This document shows, piece after piece, positions 39,346-51,424 of a DNA stretch of 64,000 nt; position 1 is the stretch's first letter; each line of letters starts with the position of its first letter. The notes under the pieces are model-generated. The model worked only from the letters and a program-made list of their open reading frames with translations, made no database searches and was not told the DNA's origin. The stretch is from Mytilus californianus (taxonomy: Eukaryota), in contig NW_026262690.1 in NCBI RefSeq assembly GCF_021869535.1, forward strand, positions 117,986,001-118,050,000, given 5' to 3'. The translations under genes were made by a program, and so were the position numbers.

Positions 39346-42300
39346 ATGCCTTGTTGGTACTTTGATAAGAAAGAGATACGAAACACACCAACCCACAGAG
39401 ATGGGATTGATCCAACAACAGAAGCCAGATACAGAAGGGAAGGGGCAAGATTTATCATTGACGCAGGAACAAAGATGGGACTGTATCCTTGTATAAAAAT
39501 TCACATTTTGTTTTAGTCATACAACATGTACAAATGTACAATAACATGTTAGTAAGTTTTATTTTTGAATAGATCCACCAACTTCCTGTCTCTATAACAT
39601 TCAGGTAGTTCTGACGCACCTTACTAATTGCACAAACCTAGAGTGGGTCTTGGAATTTTACCATAGTAGTGATAAGGGGGCAGATATTGACCATCTACAT
39701 GTACAAAAATATAAACTACATGTATCTACTCGGCCATACATGTATATGTAGACATTTTATTATCATTACTAATTCATATTTGCAGAAGTACAGTAGGTGT
39801 TGGAATCATACAAATGCTGATCTTTTATGGGCTTAAAGACAAATCATTTGATTCTGTCATATGCTTTCTTTTGTATGAAAACAATCCCTGCCATATGAAA
39901 GACCCAAGATTATAGAATTATTATAATTAGCTCGGCCTAATCTACACAATACTTCGTGCAAACGATTATGCTTTTTGAAAAATACCACATTTTATTCATT
40001 TGAAAACAGAAAGAAATGTGATTTACTTTATTTATGTATCTTGTTAATATGGAGTATTGATGAACATAGTAAATTAGTATTATATACATGATATATATGT
40101 CTATATAACGGTATGTGAAAATTAGAAAGACTCAGATGAATCTTTTTTTCTGCTTGCACTGTCAATATTTAAAGATGCCTCTCAGATTTTTATATACAAC
40201 TAGATAACAAAAATGTAACAGAACAACAGAATGGGTTTTAAATAGATTTGACTGACGTTTCTCAAAGCTTACATACATGTACATTGTGTAGTGATAGAAC
40301 GGTAGGCATTATTTAAATCAATTGATTGAATTGAATCATTTGATAGACACAAGTCCTTATTTTGACTTTTCCTTAACCTACCCTCAGGAGATATGATACA
40401 TGTGCCACTGGTGTAGTATATTTTCACAGATTTTATCTTTTCCATTCTTTTAAAGATTTCCACCGATATGTAAGTATTAATGTTTAGAAGTTTTGTAGCT
40501 TATGTCATATGTGTTGCTTTTTTTTCCTTTTCGATACCTTTTGCACTTTTGTGATGTCATCCAAACTTCAAATATTGAATATATTTGTTCCTGAGTACTT
40601 TGCAATTAATTTTACAATACAAACATTTACTCTTTAGGCCAGGCAAAAAGGATTGATTGTTTCCCCTAACCCTGCTGGGTCTGTTTTACCTTGTGGGTCA
40701 GTTCTTTTTTAGCTCACCTGGCCCGAAGGGCCAAGTGAGCTTTTCTCATCACTTGGCGTCCGTCGTCGTCGTTAACTTTTTACATTTTGAACTTCTTCTA
40801 GAGAACCACTGAATGGAATGAAACCAAACATGGCATGAATGTTCCTTATGAGGTTCTGACCAAGTGTTGTTACTTTGTAGCGGATCCATCATCCAAGATG
40901 GCCGCCAGCAGGGGACTTAGTTTAACATAGGACCCTATGGGAAATACATACAAATGTCTTCTTTTAGAGAACCAGTGAATGGAATGAAACAAAACATTGC
41001 AATAATGTTCCTTATGAGGTGCTGACCAAGTGTTGTTACTTTGCAGTCGGTCCATCATCCAAGATGGCCGACAGCGGGGGACTTAGTTTAACATAGGACC
41101 CTATGGGAAATACATACAAATGTCTTCTTTTAGAGAACCAGTGAATGGCATGAAACCAAACATGGCATGAATGTTCCTTATGAAGTGCTGACCAAGTGTT
41201 GTTACTTTGCAGCCGATCCATCATCCAAGATGGCCGCCAGTGGGTGACTTAGTTTAACATAGGACCCTATGGGAAATACATACAAATGTCTTCTTTTAGA
41301 GAACCACCGAATGGAATGAAACCAAACATGGCACGAATGTTCCTTATGAGGTGCTGACCAAATGTTGTTACTTTGCAGCCGATCCATCATCCAAGATGGC
41401 CGCCAGCGGGGGGACTTAGTTTAACATAGGACCCTATGGGAAATACATACAAATGTCTTCTTTTAGAGAACCACTGAATGGAATGGAACCAAACATGGTA
41501 TGAATGTTCCTTATGAGGTGCTGACCAAGTCTTGTTACTTTGCAGTCAGTCCATGATCCAAGATGGCACCCAGGGGGGGACTTAGTTTAATTTAGGACCT
41601 TATGGGAAATACATACAAATGTCTTCTTTTAGAGAACCACTGAAAGGAATGAAACCAAACATGGCACGAATGTTCCTTATGAGGTGTTGACCAAGTGGTG
41701 TTTCTTTGCAGCCGATCCATCATCCAAGATGGCCGCTAGCGGGGGACTTAGTTTAACATAGGACCTTATGGGAAATACATACAAATGTCTTCTTTCAGAG
41801 AACCACTGAATCGAATGAAACCAAACATGGCATGAATGTTCCTTATGAGGTGCTGACCAAGTCTTGTTACTTTGCAGTCAGTCCATGATCCAAGATGGCA
41901 CCCAGGGGGGGACTTAGTTTAATTTAGGACCTTATGGGAAATACATACAAATGTCTTCTTTTAGAGAACCACTGAATTGAATGAAACCAAACATGGCATG
42001 AATGTTCAAGATGGTCAACAGGATATTTTATTAAATAACTGGACCAATATTAAACCAAATTTGGCCTCAATCATTATTTGGGTATATGTTATGATTTTTA
42101 TCTATCTTTACATGATTTCTAAAACCAAAGTAGAGTCAGGTGAGCGACACAGGCTCTTGAGAGCCTCTAGTTTTCTTTTCTTTTTTTTGCAGGTGAAAAA
42201 AAAATGTTGCTTTGGTTTCAATTGACAATTTTCAATAATGCTTTTTAAAATTGTCTGATAATCTCTTTTAAAAAAGTGTTTCATCCTTGCTCAATTGTCA

Positions 42301-45300
42301 TCCCTTTAGTTTCACATACTGTCATGATAGCTTATACCACAATATAGAATGTAAAATAAGAATTTACGATCAGGTTAACAACAACATTCTCACAAATTTT
42401 CACAAAAAAATAAGTAATAAAATAGAATAAAACAAATTTCTGTCTGCCGGACCTTGATAATTTTCTCAAGTTGGGGGAAACTAATATTCATTTTCCATGG
42501 CCTTAGCATACGCAATTACATGATTTGCCCCAGCTCATCTTAAACCATTACTAGTCACAGCCATCTGAAAAAATATTCTGACTTATTTTTGTTGCATGGT
42601 ACAGTTGGTTTTTTTTTGGTTACAGATAACAGCCGCTGGTTGTTTATTTCTGGCTGGTAAAGTAGAGGAAACTCCAAAGAAATGTAAAGACATCGTTAAA
42701 ATAACACAGAGTATCCTGTCTCCACAACTGTTTGCCGTGTTTTCGGATGATCCTAAGGTAAAGTTTTAATTTACTCAGGCTCAAAACATATGATCACTAT
42801 ATACACCAAATTAGTTGTTTAAATTAAGTACATTTGTTTTTTTCATTTTATCAGGCCATTAGAATTTTTAGATTTTCATTTTACAGTTTGTGGAAGAGAC
42901 GTTGAGGTGGTTAATCTTTTATTTTCTTCATTTTATGCCAATTTTTCTATAAAAACTTCTTGCAAAATAGAAAAAAATTGCCAAAAATCAAATCAAATTT
43001 TGTTTGGAGGACAGGGATTGGAATCGAGTATTTTTGTTTATTATAGTTTTATTTAGAATTTTTGAATTCAATTAAAGGAAAAAATGATGTTCTGACATGA
43101 TACTTATTAAGGATCTAATCAGTTTTATACAGACATGATTTGAGCATGTTCAAAATTTTATGAAAGAATCTTCTGGTTACCATGATAACAATAATACTGG
43201 TTTATAGAGTGTCAACACTATAACAAAAGCTAATAATAATATTTTATTATATTTGAACAGAAGTAATAATAATACAGTTAATTGGATAATACAAATGAAC
43301 ATTTTCAAATTAATCCAGCAGATGGCACTGCAAAAGCAAAGTTGCTTCAGGAGACAAACATTTACACCAAATTTCTAAGTTTCAAGTTTTAATTCTGATC
43401 TAAGACAAACTGGCATTGTAAATGCTGCTTCAAAAACAGATACATAAGATTAATTAAGAAGATGACTTTTTATTGCTTGATACACATAACTGAATAGTTG
43501 CTGCAATTATTAAAACTGGTATTTTTATTTTTCAAGGAAGAAATAATGACATTAGAAAGAATACTTCTACAGACAATCAAATTTGATTTACAAGTGGACC
43601 ATCCTTATGCTTGCCTGTTAAAATTTGCCAAACAAGTTAAAAGTAAGTTGCTTTATCACTATGTTCCTGTAGGATTTTCACTGTTTTTGTTTCGCTATTG
43701 TGAAATTATGTGATAAGGCTACACAGGCAAATAAATTGACAGAAAAGTAAAGCTGAAAGTTACAGTGAAGACAGATTCAAAACATGGATTATCATTTTTT
43801 TTAACCACAACTTTCATGACTTTGTCAAACACAATTACCACATACATGCATTATCCTTCATTTCTTGTTTTTCTTGCATGTAGGGGTTTAGACATTGATA
43901 AAATATTAGTCACATTAAATATTTAATCTTAAATGTTTGGAAAATTCCCATGCTGTCGGATGTGACTTGGTAGCAGATTTTCTTCTAATTTTAAATCTTT
44001 TTTCAAAGCATTTATTAATAAAGACATTTAACACAGTCAGGGTAACCATTGGGAGATAGAGACATGGAAAGAGGTTTTATAAGTAGGGAACCAGACTAAC
44101 ATTTTCCAGCTAGGCATTAAACCTGCCACAAAATGAAAGATTAACATTAGCAATGTGGTCCTTTTCAGATATTTAGGGGTCCAGCCAAAAATTTGGCAAT
44201 CTAGTCTACTGGGTCACTGCTAATCTTTTCCTCTGTTAAGAATGGTTGCTCCTCTGTTTCAAAATAACAAGCTTTTTGAAAGACTGATATAAATTGATAG
44301 TATACAAATAACAGAACTTAAAAAGTAAAAAAAAAAAAATGACAGGTCAAGATCTGTGTCCTTGTTTTTGAGATAAAATCAGTTGAAAATTTGGCAGGAA
44401 ATGATTCTCTAGACTTTTCATGCATTTAACATTGACACCTTTTTTCTTTCAAAAACTATGAAAATAAAAGTAGGGGGAAACGGGGAAAATTCTTATTGGC
44501 ACAACATGAATATAACTAGAGAATTCTGAATATCTGACAAAAAGTCAAAAACAAAGATTTGCGAACATCCTTAAGTATTTTATTACTTTATTTTACAGTT
44601 GAAAAGGAGAAATCACAGAAACTTGTACAGATGGCATGGACTTTTATAAATGATAGGTTGGTATAGTAGTAACACAGGAATTTACTGTATACCATAACAA
44701 AAGAGGTTTAAGAAGGAATATGCTCGGAATGCATATTTGAGACAGCAAGCCAACAAAACAAGAAATCTAGAAGTCAACATTCAGTTTTAAATAATATACA
44801 AGTAAAAGGGTATAAATGAAAATAACATTTATTAACTTTGTGTGTGGAGTAAATTTGATAGCTGTTTCACCATGTTTGCTCCTCCTCCTTTTGTGTTGGA
44901 ATTAAACTTTTCATGTTTGTTTACAACATTAATCGTTATATATTTCAGTTTATGTACAACTTTATGTTTACAATGGGAACCTGAGGTCATAGGTATATCA
45001 CTGATGTATCTGGCAACACGTCTGGCAAAGTTTGAGATATCTGACTGGCAAGGCAAGCCACCAGGAAGTAAATTAAAATGGTGGGAAGGGATTGTGGAAG
45101 ATATTACAGTGGAATTAATGGAGGGTAAGATTAAGCTAAGTGTAAATTTTTAGAAACAAAATTGATTTACAGATTAGGTCCACATAGGCATATATTTGGC
45201 CCTAGAATTTGCACTGTACCAGAATCAACCCAATGAAATCTTGAAAGAAATTAGCATTATGCATATTAAGTGTGGTATTCCAATCCAATTTGAAAACTCT

Positions 45301-48092
45301 CATAATAAAAGCACCAGTAATTTAATACAGACCTCTGGGATGTCTTCTGGTTACCATATTTTTGTCATCGGCATGCTGTCTCATAAATGTATACCCCACA
45401 TCTCCTTTTATTCCTACATGTATATTTGTCAAAATAGATTAAATCTATACATGAGGGTGTGGGTGAGGTTTACAGGAAAGAAAATAATGGACAAAAAATA
45501 TAAGGAATAGAGAAAAATGGACCAAAAAAATAAAGAATAGAGAATATTGGGCAAAAAGTATAAAGAATAGAAAAAAATGGCCTAAAAAATTAAAGAATAC
45601 AGAAATGAAGGTCCCCCATCCATACCCTCATACATGTCATCACCTCTTTTAATATTTTACTTAATAGAAAAGGTAATTTAATGAGCCTCTTCATGTCACA
45701 AATTAGGAAAATTTAGATTAAAGTTACCAGGTGTTCTTATGCAGGCTTGATAACAATTTTGATAATTATAAAAAACATTCAGACTCCAAACCAGATTATA
45801 TTTAAAAGTAAAAGTAATGGAAATAAGGATGCAGCCATTCATTGAAACTCTAATTCTGTTATAAAGTTGTTAAAGGATATGTTGTTCTTTGTGTTTTTTG
45901 GGGTATTAAAGGAAAATGTACTTAGGACAGTATGAAAAAAGATAACAACCTAGATTAAGTTCACAATAAGTTCACAATATAAAACATAAACTAACACCAT
46001 ATAGAGAGCTTATAAAGGCTCATACAATTTGGTTCAAAAGAATAGAGAAAAAGCCGAAAATATATTTTTAAACCATAATGGCAAAAATTCAAAATGCTCT
46101 TAAAGAAGTAAGTCATTCAAACTTTACTGAACATCTAAGGTTTTCTGTATTGCTGTTCTTTTGAAACTTAGGCTTTTTGCTTCCTTGAATATATTTAACT
46201 AAAATGTAAATAATTGTACAGGTTTTTTTAATCAATTGTATTTCATAGATGTATAATACTGTAAAAACAAAAATTTTTGCCTACATTTATTTTTGCAACT
46301 GTTGAACAATCGAAACAAATAAGTGTTTAATATTTGCGAATTTAAGAAATACTGGGAACAACAAATGCTATCAAAATTTAAAATGTGAGTTTTTATTTTT
46401 GCGACAATTATCTCATTGCAATTTTCTGAACATATAGTATTTAGAATTATGTATATTTTCTTTATGTTCATTAACATACATTGTATAACCTTTTGTTTTC
46501 AGATATATGTCATAAGGTCTTAGATCTGTACAGCAAAAATCCCCAGCAACATGAAGATTCTCCCCCAGTCACGCCTAGTAAATCCCACAGACAAACACCA
46601 CCACCACCACCCCCACAGAAACGTAGTGTAAGTATGGTGTGTAGGCTCGGATTTCTTTGAAAAGTCATTTATATCATCCTTATAAGGAAGTTAATTTATT
46701 TTTTTGAAATGCTCAATTTTACCTATATTTAAACATTTGTTAAATATATATTGTAATAATTAAATTGTAAGTACCTCAAAATTGCAGAAATGTATTAATG
46801 GAAATGAACTATAAAGTAAAATTAAAATATGAGTTCAGGACACTCAACCAGTTGCATTTTCGGCAGTAATAAATTAAAAATAATAGCAATAATAAATGAA
46901 GCTAAAGTTGCATAAAAGTTTTATTTATTTGTGTACTTATTAAAACCTACCACCTTCTAAAATGATTTAATATGGAAAATGATAACTTGTGGTCTATGGT
47001 TGAATCTAGATCTTTTGGGTTGTGGTTTGGTTGCTGTCTTATATATGAATACCTAACATCTCCTTTTGTTCATTAAAATAGACAGTAGAAGGAAAGAAAA
47101 GTAATAGGAAGTGATTTTTTTTAAGAAACAAAAAACATGGATTTTACCAATCATTATAAAGTATAGTATGTTTTTAACTGACTTCTACTGAAAACTTGAT
47201 TTTAATGCAAAACTTTTTTCTGCAAAGTTGAGGGTCAGCCATAATTATAATATTTGCCCCCTTTCTTGTCCTCCTTTTCCACCAGTTATAAAAATTTAAA
47301 TATGTAGTTTGAATTATGTAATTACAGACCACTCCAGCAGATGGTGCACCAGAGAGTAAATTAGCGAGAGTAGATAGTCGAACAACACCAAAAGTAAAAG
47401 AATCTAGTTCTAGTTCTGATCTGAGACAAACTGCCATGGTAAATGCTGCGTCTAAATCACATTCATCAGATGACTCAAATATACAAACTATACAAACAGT
47501 AGGCGCTGCACAAACAACAGAATTCTCATCGTATAATCCTTATATGTCTCGTAGCATGTACAGTTCATCGTTCTTGTCTGGAGAGGGTAGTAAGTCTATA
47601 CAGAATTTAATGAGTGGGGGTGGTGGAAGCTCGTCAGAGAATTATCCTGCAGGGCAACAAACACCTCAGGGCATGGCCCACTACTCTCAATATCCTCCTG
47701 GCTACCAACAGGCAAATTATGTTCAGGCAGCTCAACAACAGTATTCTGCCCAGGGCCAATATCCTGGCTATCCACAACCATCATATCCTACAACACAACA
47801 GGTTCCCGGTCAACAGCAGGTTTATCCACAAGGTACCAATTATCAGCAGTATCAGCAGGGACAACAACAATACCCAGGTCAATATCCTCCCACCACATCA
47901 GTAGCTCAAAGTCCTTACAACACTGGAGGTCAACAGGGTTATCAACAACAGCAGCAAATGATTAACCAACGTGGCGCCACAGCAAATGTACCGCGTGGCC
48001 CAAGTACGCCACGCACATCAAAGTCACAGACCCAATCATCACAGCAAGGTCAAAATCAAAATTTAGCAATGGTACGAATTACTGGCAGATGA
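39346..48092 (+). CDS. CCNK: Cyclin K, 8 coding exons, 526 aa
   Basis: Exons 39346-39482, 40388-40469, 42626-42757, 43537-43642, 44599-44656, 44949-45124, 46503-46627, 47328-48092 (1581 nt, phases compatible). Peptides: [93 protein letters not shown]. Confidence 0.98.
39483..40387 (+). other. U12-type GT-AG intron in CCNK
   Basis: 5' GTATCCTT; branch site TTTTCCTTAACC at 40367-40378; 3' CAG at 40385-40387 with no real polypyrimidine tract. Confidence 0.93.
40709..42172 (+). mobile_element. Non-autonomous Helentron-type (HINE/pearl-like) element with 166-bp internal array, in CCNK intron 2
   Basis: GCTCACCTG (40712-40720) / CAGGTGAGC (42137-42145) inverted repeats, (GTC)n microsatellite, 3' hairpin AGGCTC-TTGA-GAGCCT, T-rich insertion site; units start at 40801, 40967, 41133, 41299, 41466, 41632, 41798 and 41964 (partial). 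Confidence 0.88.
45453..45629. mobile_element. GAG...CTC-ended MITE
   Basis: TIRs GAGGGTGTGGGTG / CATCCATACCCTC; internal ~30-bp A-rich repeats. Confidence 0.55.
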
Positions 48093-48518
48093 ACAGATAA
48101 TCTCATCTGATATGAAGTGGCATAATTAAAACAAGCACTCAAACAACAATGGAAAAAAGTAAACATTTCTAAAAATGAATTTGTTCCTTTGTGGAAAAGT
48201 TAAATGTGATGATATTTCATGTAATGAAATCAGAACAGTCAATTGAATGTAAAATAAATTTATGAAGTGCTAAAAACAGATGCCGGTACATGTACAACAA
48301 TAATAAGAATGTCTGGATTTTAATCGCAAAACAATCATATTCTTTTTTATAAATGTGAAAACACAATAGATTTAAAACAATGGATTTTTTAAGACTGAAT
48401 TGAAATATGATATACCATTTGTTTTTGTAAAAATGTGATTAATTTTAAGACTAAATGGAAGTATTATACACCTTAAGTTTGTGTGTAAACATAAATCATC
48501 AACTAAAATTTTACCCAA

Positions 48519-48524
48519 AATAAA
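48519..48524 (+). terminator. Candidate CCNK polyadenylation signal
   Basis: AATAAA about 430 nt after the stop, followed by GT-rich sequence; another AATAAA lies near 48254. Confidence 0.35.
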
Positions 48525-48894
48525 GACATTAAGTGTTTTATGTATGGTATTGTTGAAGTTGTTGGAAACACAGTTTTTAAAATTCAGTCAGAACAATCTG
48601 ACCTAGTTTTAGTTGACAAATTGTTTATACTGAATATTGGCTGTCAGTCAATTGTTATATTAAAATTAAAGTTCTTTATATAAAACATAAAAGAAATTTT
48701 GTCAGAATTTTTCTAATGCCAAATTCAAGTTTCCTAAAGAGGATTTATTATTATGTTACAACTACAGCTTCAAGATTGGTTGAATATTTGTAGATTCTAC
48801 CACTAAAATGAGGGTGGTCAGATATTTCTCTACTTAAGACAAGTCAGCTGAATATTTTTAGAGAAATACTGTGGATCTGTCTGTCCATTTTGCC

Positions 48895-49245
48895 TTGTAA
48901 GAGCAACTCCTCCTAATGGATAGTCTGCCTCAGTGATCTTGTGGTAGAGTGTTTGCCTCGAGTCAAACCAAAGATTTTAAAATTGGTATTTGCTGCCTCT
49001 CTGCTTAGCACAAACATTAATGAGTAAGAGCAAAAACTGGTCGGCTCTGAGTCACAATAATGTGTCCGGGTATGGTGACATGTCTTCCTGCAGACTGTTA
49101 CCTTGTGAACTAGCTATAGAGCGCATTAACAATCTTGCTCAGCGTGTTGGTCTTGTAAAAAGCCGGGTTAATATTCATATTACATTAACATGTTCTTGTC
49201 CTGAATATGCATTTAAATTTGCCACTGGACATTAAGCAGCCATCC
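48895..49245 (+). mobile_element. Degenerate tRNA-derived SINE
   Basis: Decayed tRNA-like head (GGTAGAGTGTTTGCCTCGAGT), body TTGGTATTTGCTGC...GAGTAAGAGCAAA, and a 3' tail shared with 62870-63295. Confidence 0.65.
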
Positions 49246-50200
49246 ATCATCCTAATAGATAGATATTGATGAAACAATACAGAGTTGTAAAAATGGTACA
49301 TGAGGATGGGTATACAGGAACATAATCCTGGTCCAACAATGTTAAAGGGGCCATAAGCCAACTTACTTTCTCTGTCTGTCTGCCTACACATGAGCCTTGT
49401 CAGTCAACTAACAGGCTAGAGGGATATTGATAAAACTTTACACACTTGTAGAACACTTCCTGATGATGTGCATACAGGAATATATTGCTGGTCCAATGTG
49501 TTTAAAGGGGGATAATCAATCTTACTAACTCTATCTGCCTGTCTACTTGTGTGAGTTGTCAGCCAATCCTTAAAAACTGGATGATTATTGATGGCACTTG
49601 ACACAGTTGTAGGACAGTACCTGAGGATGTGCATACAGCAATATAATTCTGGTCCTATATGTTAAAGGGGAGATAATCAAACTTACTACATAGGACTTTT
49701 TACCAATGTGCCTTGTTAACCAACTCTTAACAGACTTGTGGCATATTGATGAAACTTTTTACAGGTGTAGAACACTACGTGACAATGGGCATAGAGGAAT
49801 ACAATCACAGCCCTTGTTAAAGGGGAGATATTGAACTTACTTTTTCTGTATTTTAGTCTGTCCATGTGCCTTGTAAACCTTCTGCTTTTTAGTAGACTTA
49901 ATGGACATTGTTAAGACTTAATACAGTTGTAGAAATTTACCCCAAGTACATGCATAAAGGAGTATAATCCCAGTGCTACGTGTTAAAGGGGAGATATTGG
50001 AACCTTTTTTCCTTCAATTTGTGCATAATGGTTTCTTGTAAGTCCAACTCCTTAAAACTGGAGGTGTATTAATGAAACTTTACACAGTTGTAGAACTTTT
50101 TCATAAAGGAATATAATCTTGATCCTACTTGTTAAAGAATATTACCTGAGAATATGCATACAAAAATATAATTCCAGTCCTAAGTGGTAAAAGGGAGATA
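49230..50200. repeat. Old ~160-bp tandem array (5-6 copies)
   Basis: TTAAAGGGG anchor at about 49342, 49502, 49662, 49818 and 49983, with recurring ATTGATGAAACT...TGTAGAAC. Confidence 0.75.
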
Positions 50201-51139
50201 ATTGAATTTGTTTGCTTTATTATTTTAATATGTGGTAATAATCTCTTGTAAGGTGGGGGTATCTTTCTGTCAACAAGAAAAATTGTACAAATGAAAATGA
50301 AAATTACATTCATATCTATGTGATTGTAGACCAGAAGAGAAAATAATTTAAATGCATGGTTCATATGTACACACGAAATAGTTATCCCACGTAAAATAAT
50401 GAATCCACAATATTATTTTGTCAGAATTTGAGATGCAGGGATGCTAATCTAGCACTGACTAGCCTAGAGAGAGATCAAAACTTAAGCTTTATATTACAGA
50501 AGGTAGAAGACCTCAATAATTCATATTTTGTTTCATATACTAAGATGGTAATGTCTGGCATATGTCATTTGTCCAGTGAATTATATTAAACTTTTGAGCC
50601 TTAGCAAACTCCCTAAAAAAAAAAACTATATATAAAAAAGATGTGATATGATTGCCAATGAGACAACTCTCCACAAGAGACAAAATGACACAGAAATTAA
50701 CAACTTTAGGTCACCGTACGGCCTTCAACAATGAGCAAAGCCCATACCGCACAGTCAGCTATAAAAGGCCCGGAAATGACAATGTAAAACAATTCAAACG
50801 AGAAAACTAACGGCCTAATTTATGTACAAAAAATGAACGAAAAACAAATATGTAACACATAAATAAACGACAACCACTGAATTACAGGCTTCTGACTTGG
50901 GACAGGCACATGCATACAGAATGTGGCGGGGTTAAACATGTTAGCGGGATCCCAACCCTCCCCCTAACCTGGGACAGTGGTGTAACAGTACAACATAAGA
51001 ACGAACTTTGAAAAAAAAAATTTTGCTTAAGTTATGAATTTTTCTAGACTTTTTGGCTCATTAAAACCAGTATATTCAATGTTGAATACATCACAAAAAC
51101 AAGTGCATACTCTGAGATGCTTTATCATTACAGTATACA

Positions 51140-51365
51140 TTAACTGTTTACAAAACTAATACTAAGGATTTTCTACGCTAGGAATAGATTACCTTAGCTG
51201 TATTTGGCAAAACATTTTGGAATTTTGGTTCCTCAATGCTCTTAAACTTTGTACTTTATTTGGCACTTTTAACTTTTTCGATTAGAGCGTAACTGATGAG
51301 TCTTTTGTAGACATACATCCGTCTGGCTTATAAAATTTTAAGTCTGGTATCTATGATTAGTTTAT
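51140..51365 (+). mobile_element. Hammerhead-bearing repeat family F, decayed copy
   Basis: GAGCGTAA-CTGATGA (51293-51299)-GTCTTTTGTAGAC keeps helix II, but GAAAC is mutated to ATAC. Confidence 0.7.
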
Positions 51366-51424
51366 TTACTGTTCATGATTGAAATTATTTTAAAAACCTT
51401 TAATATCAAGGTTTTACTACATAT

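Noticed and set aside
38003-42005. CRISPR-like arrays (44-bp and 166-bp repeats) and the three repeated 62-aa ORFs
   Set aside because: Head-to-tail repeats without unique spacers in a eukaryotic gene region; the ORFs are by-products of the repeat unit.
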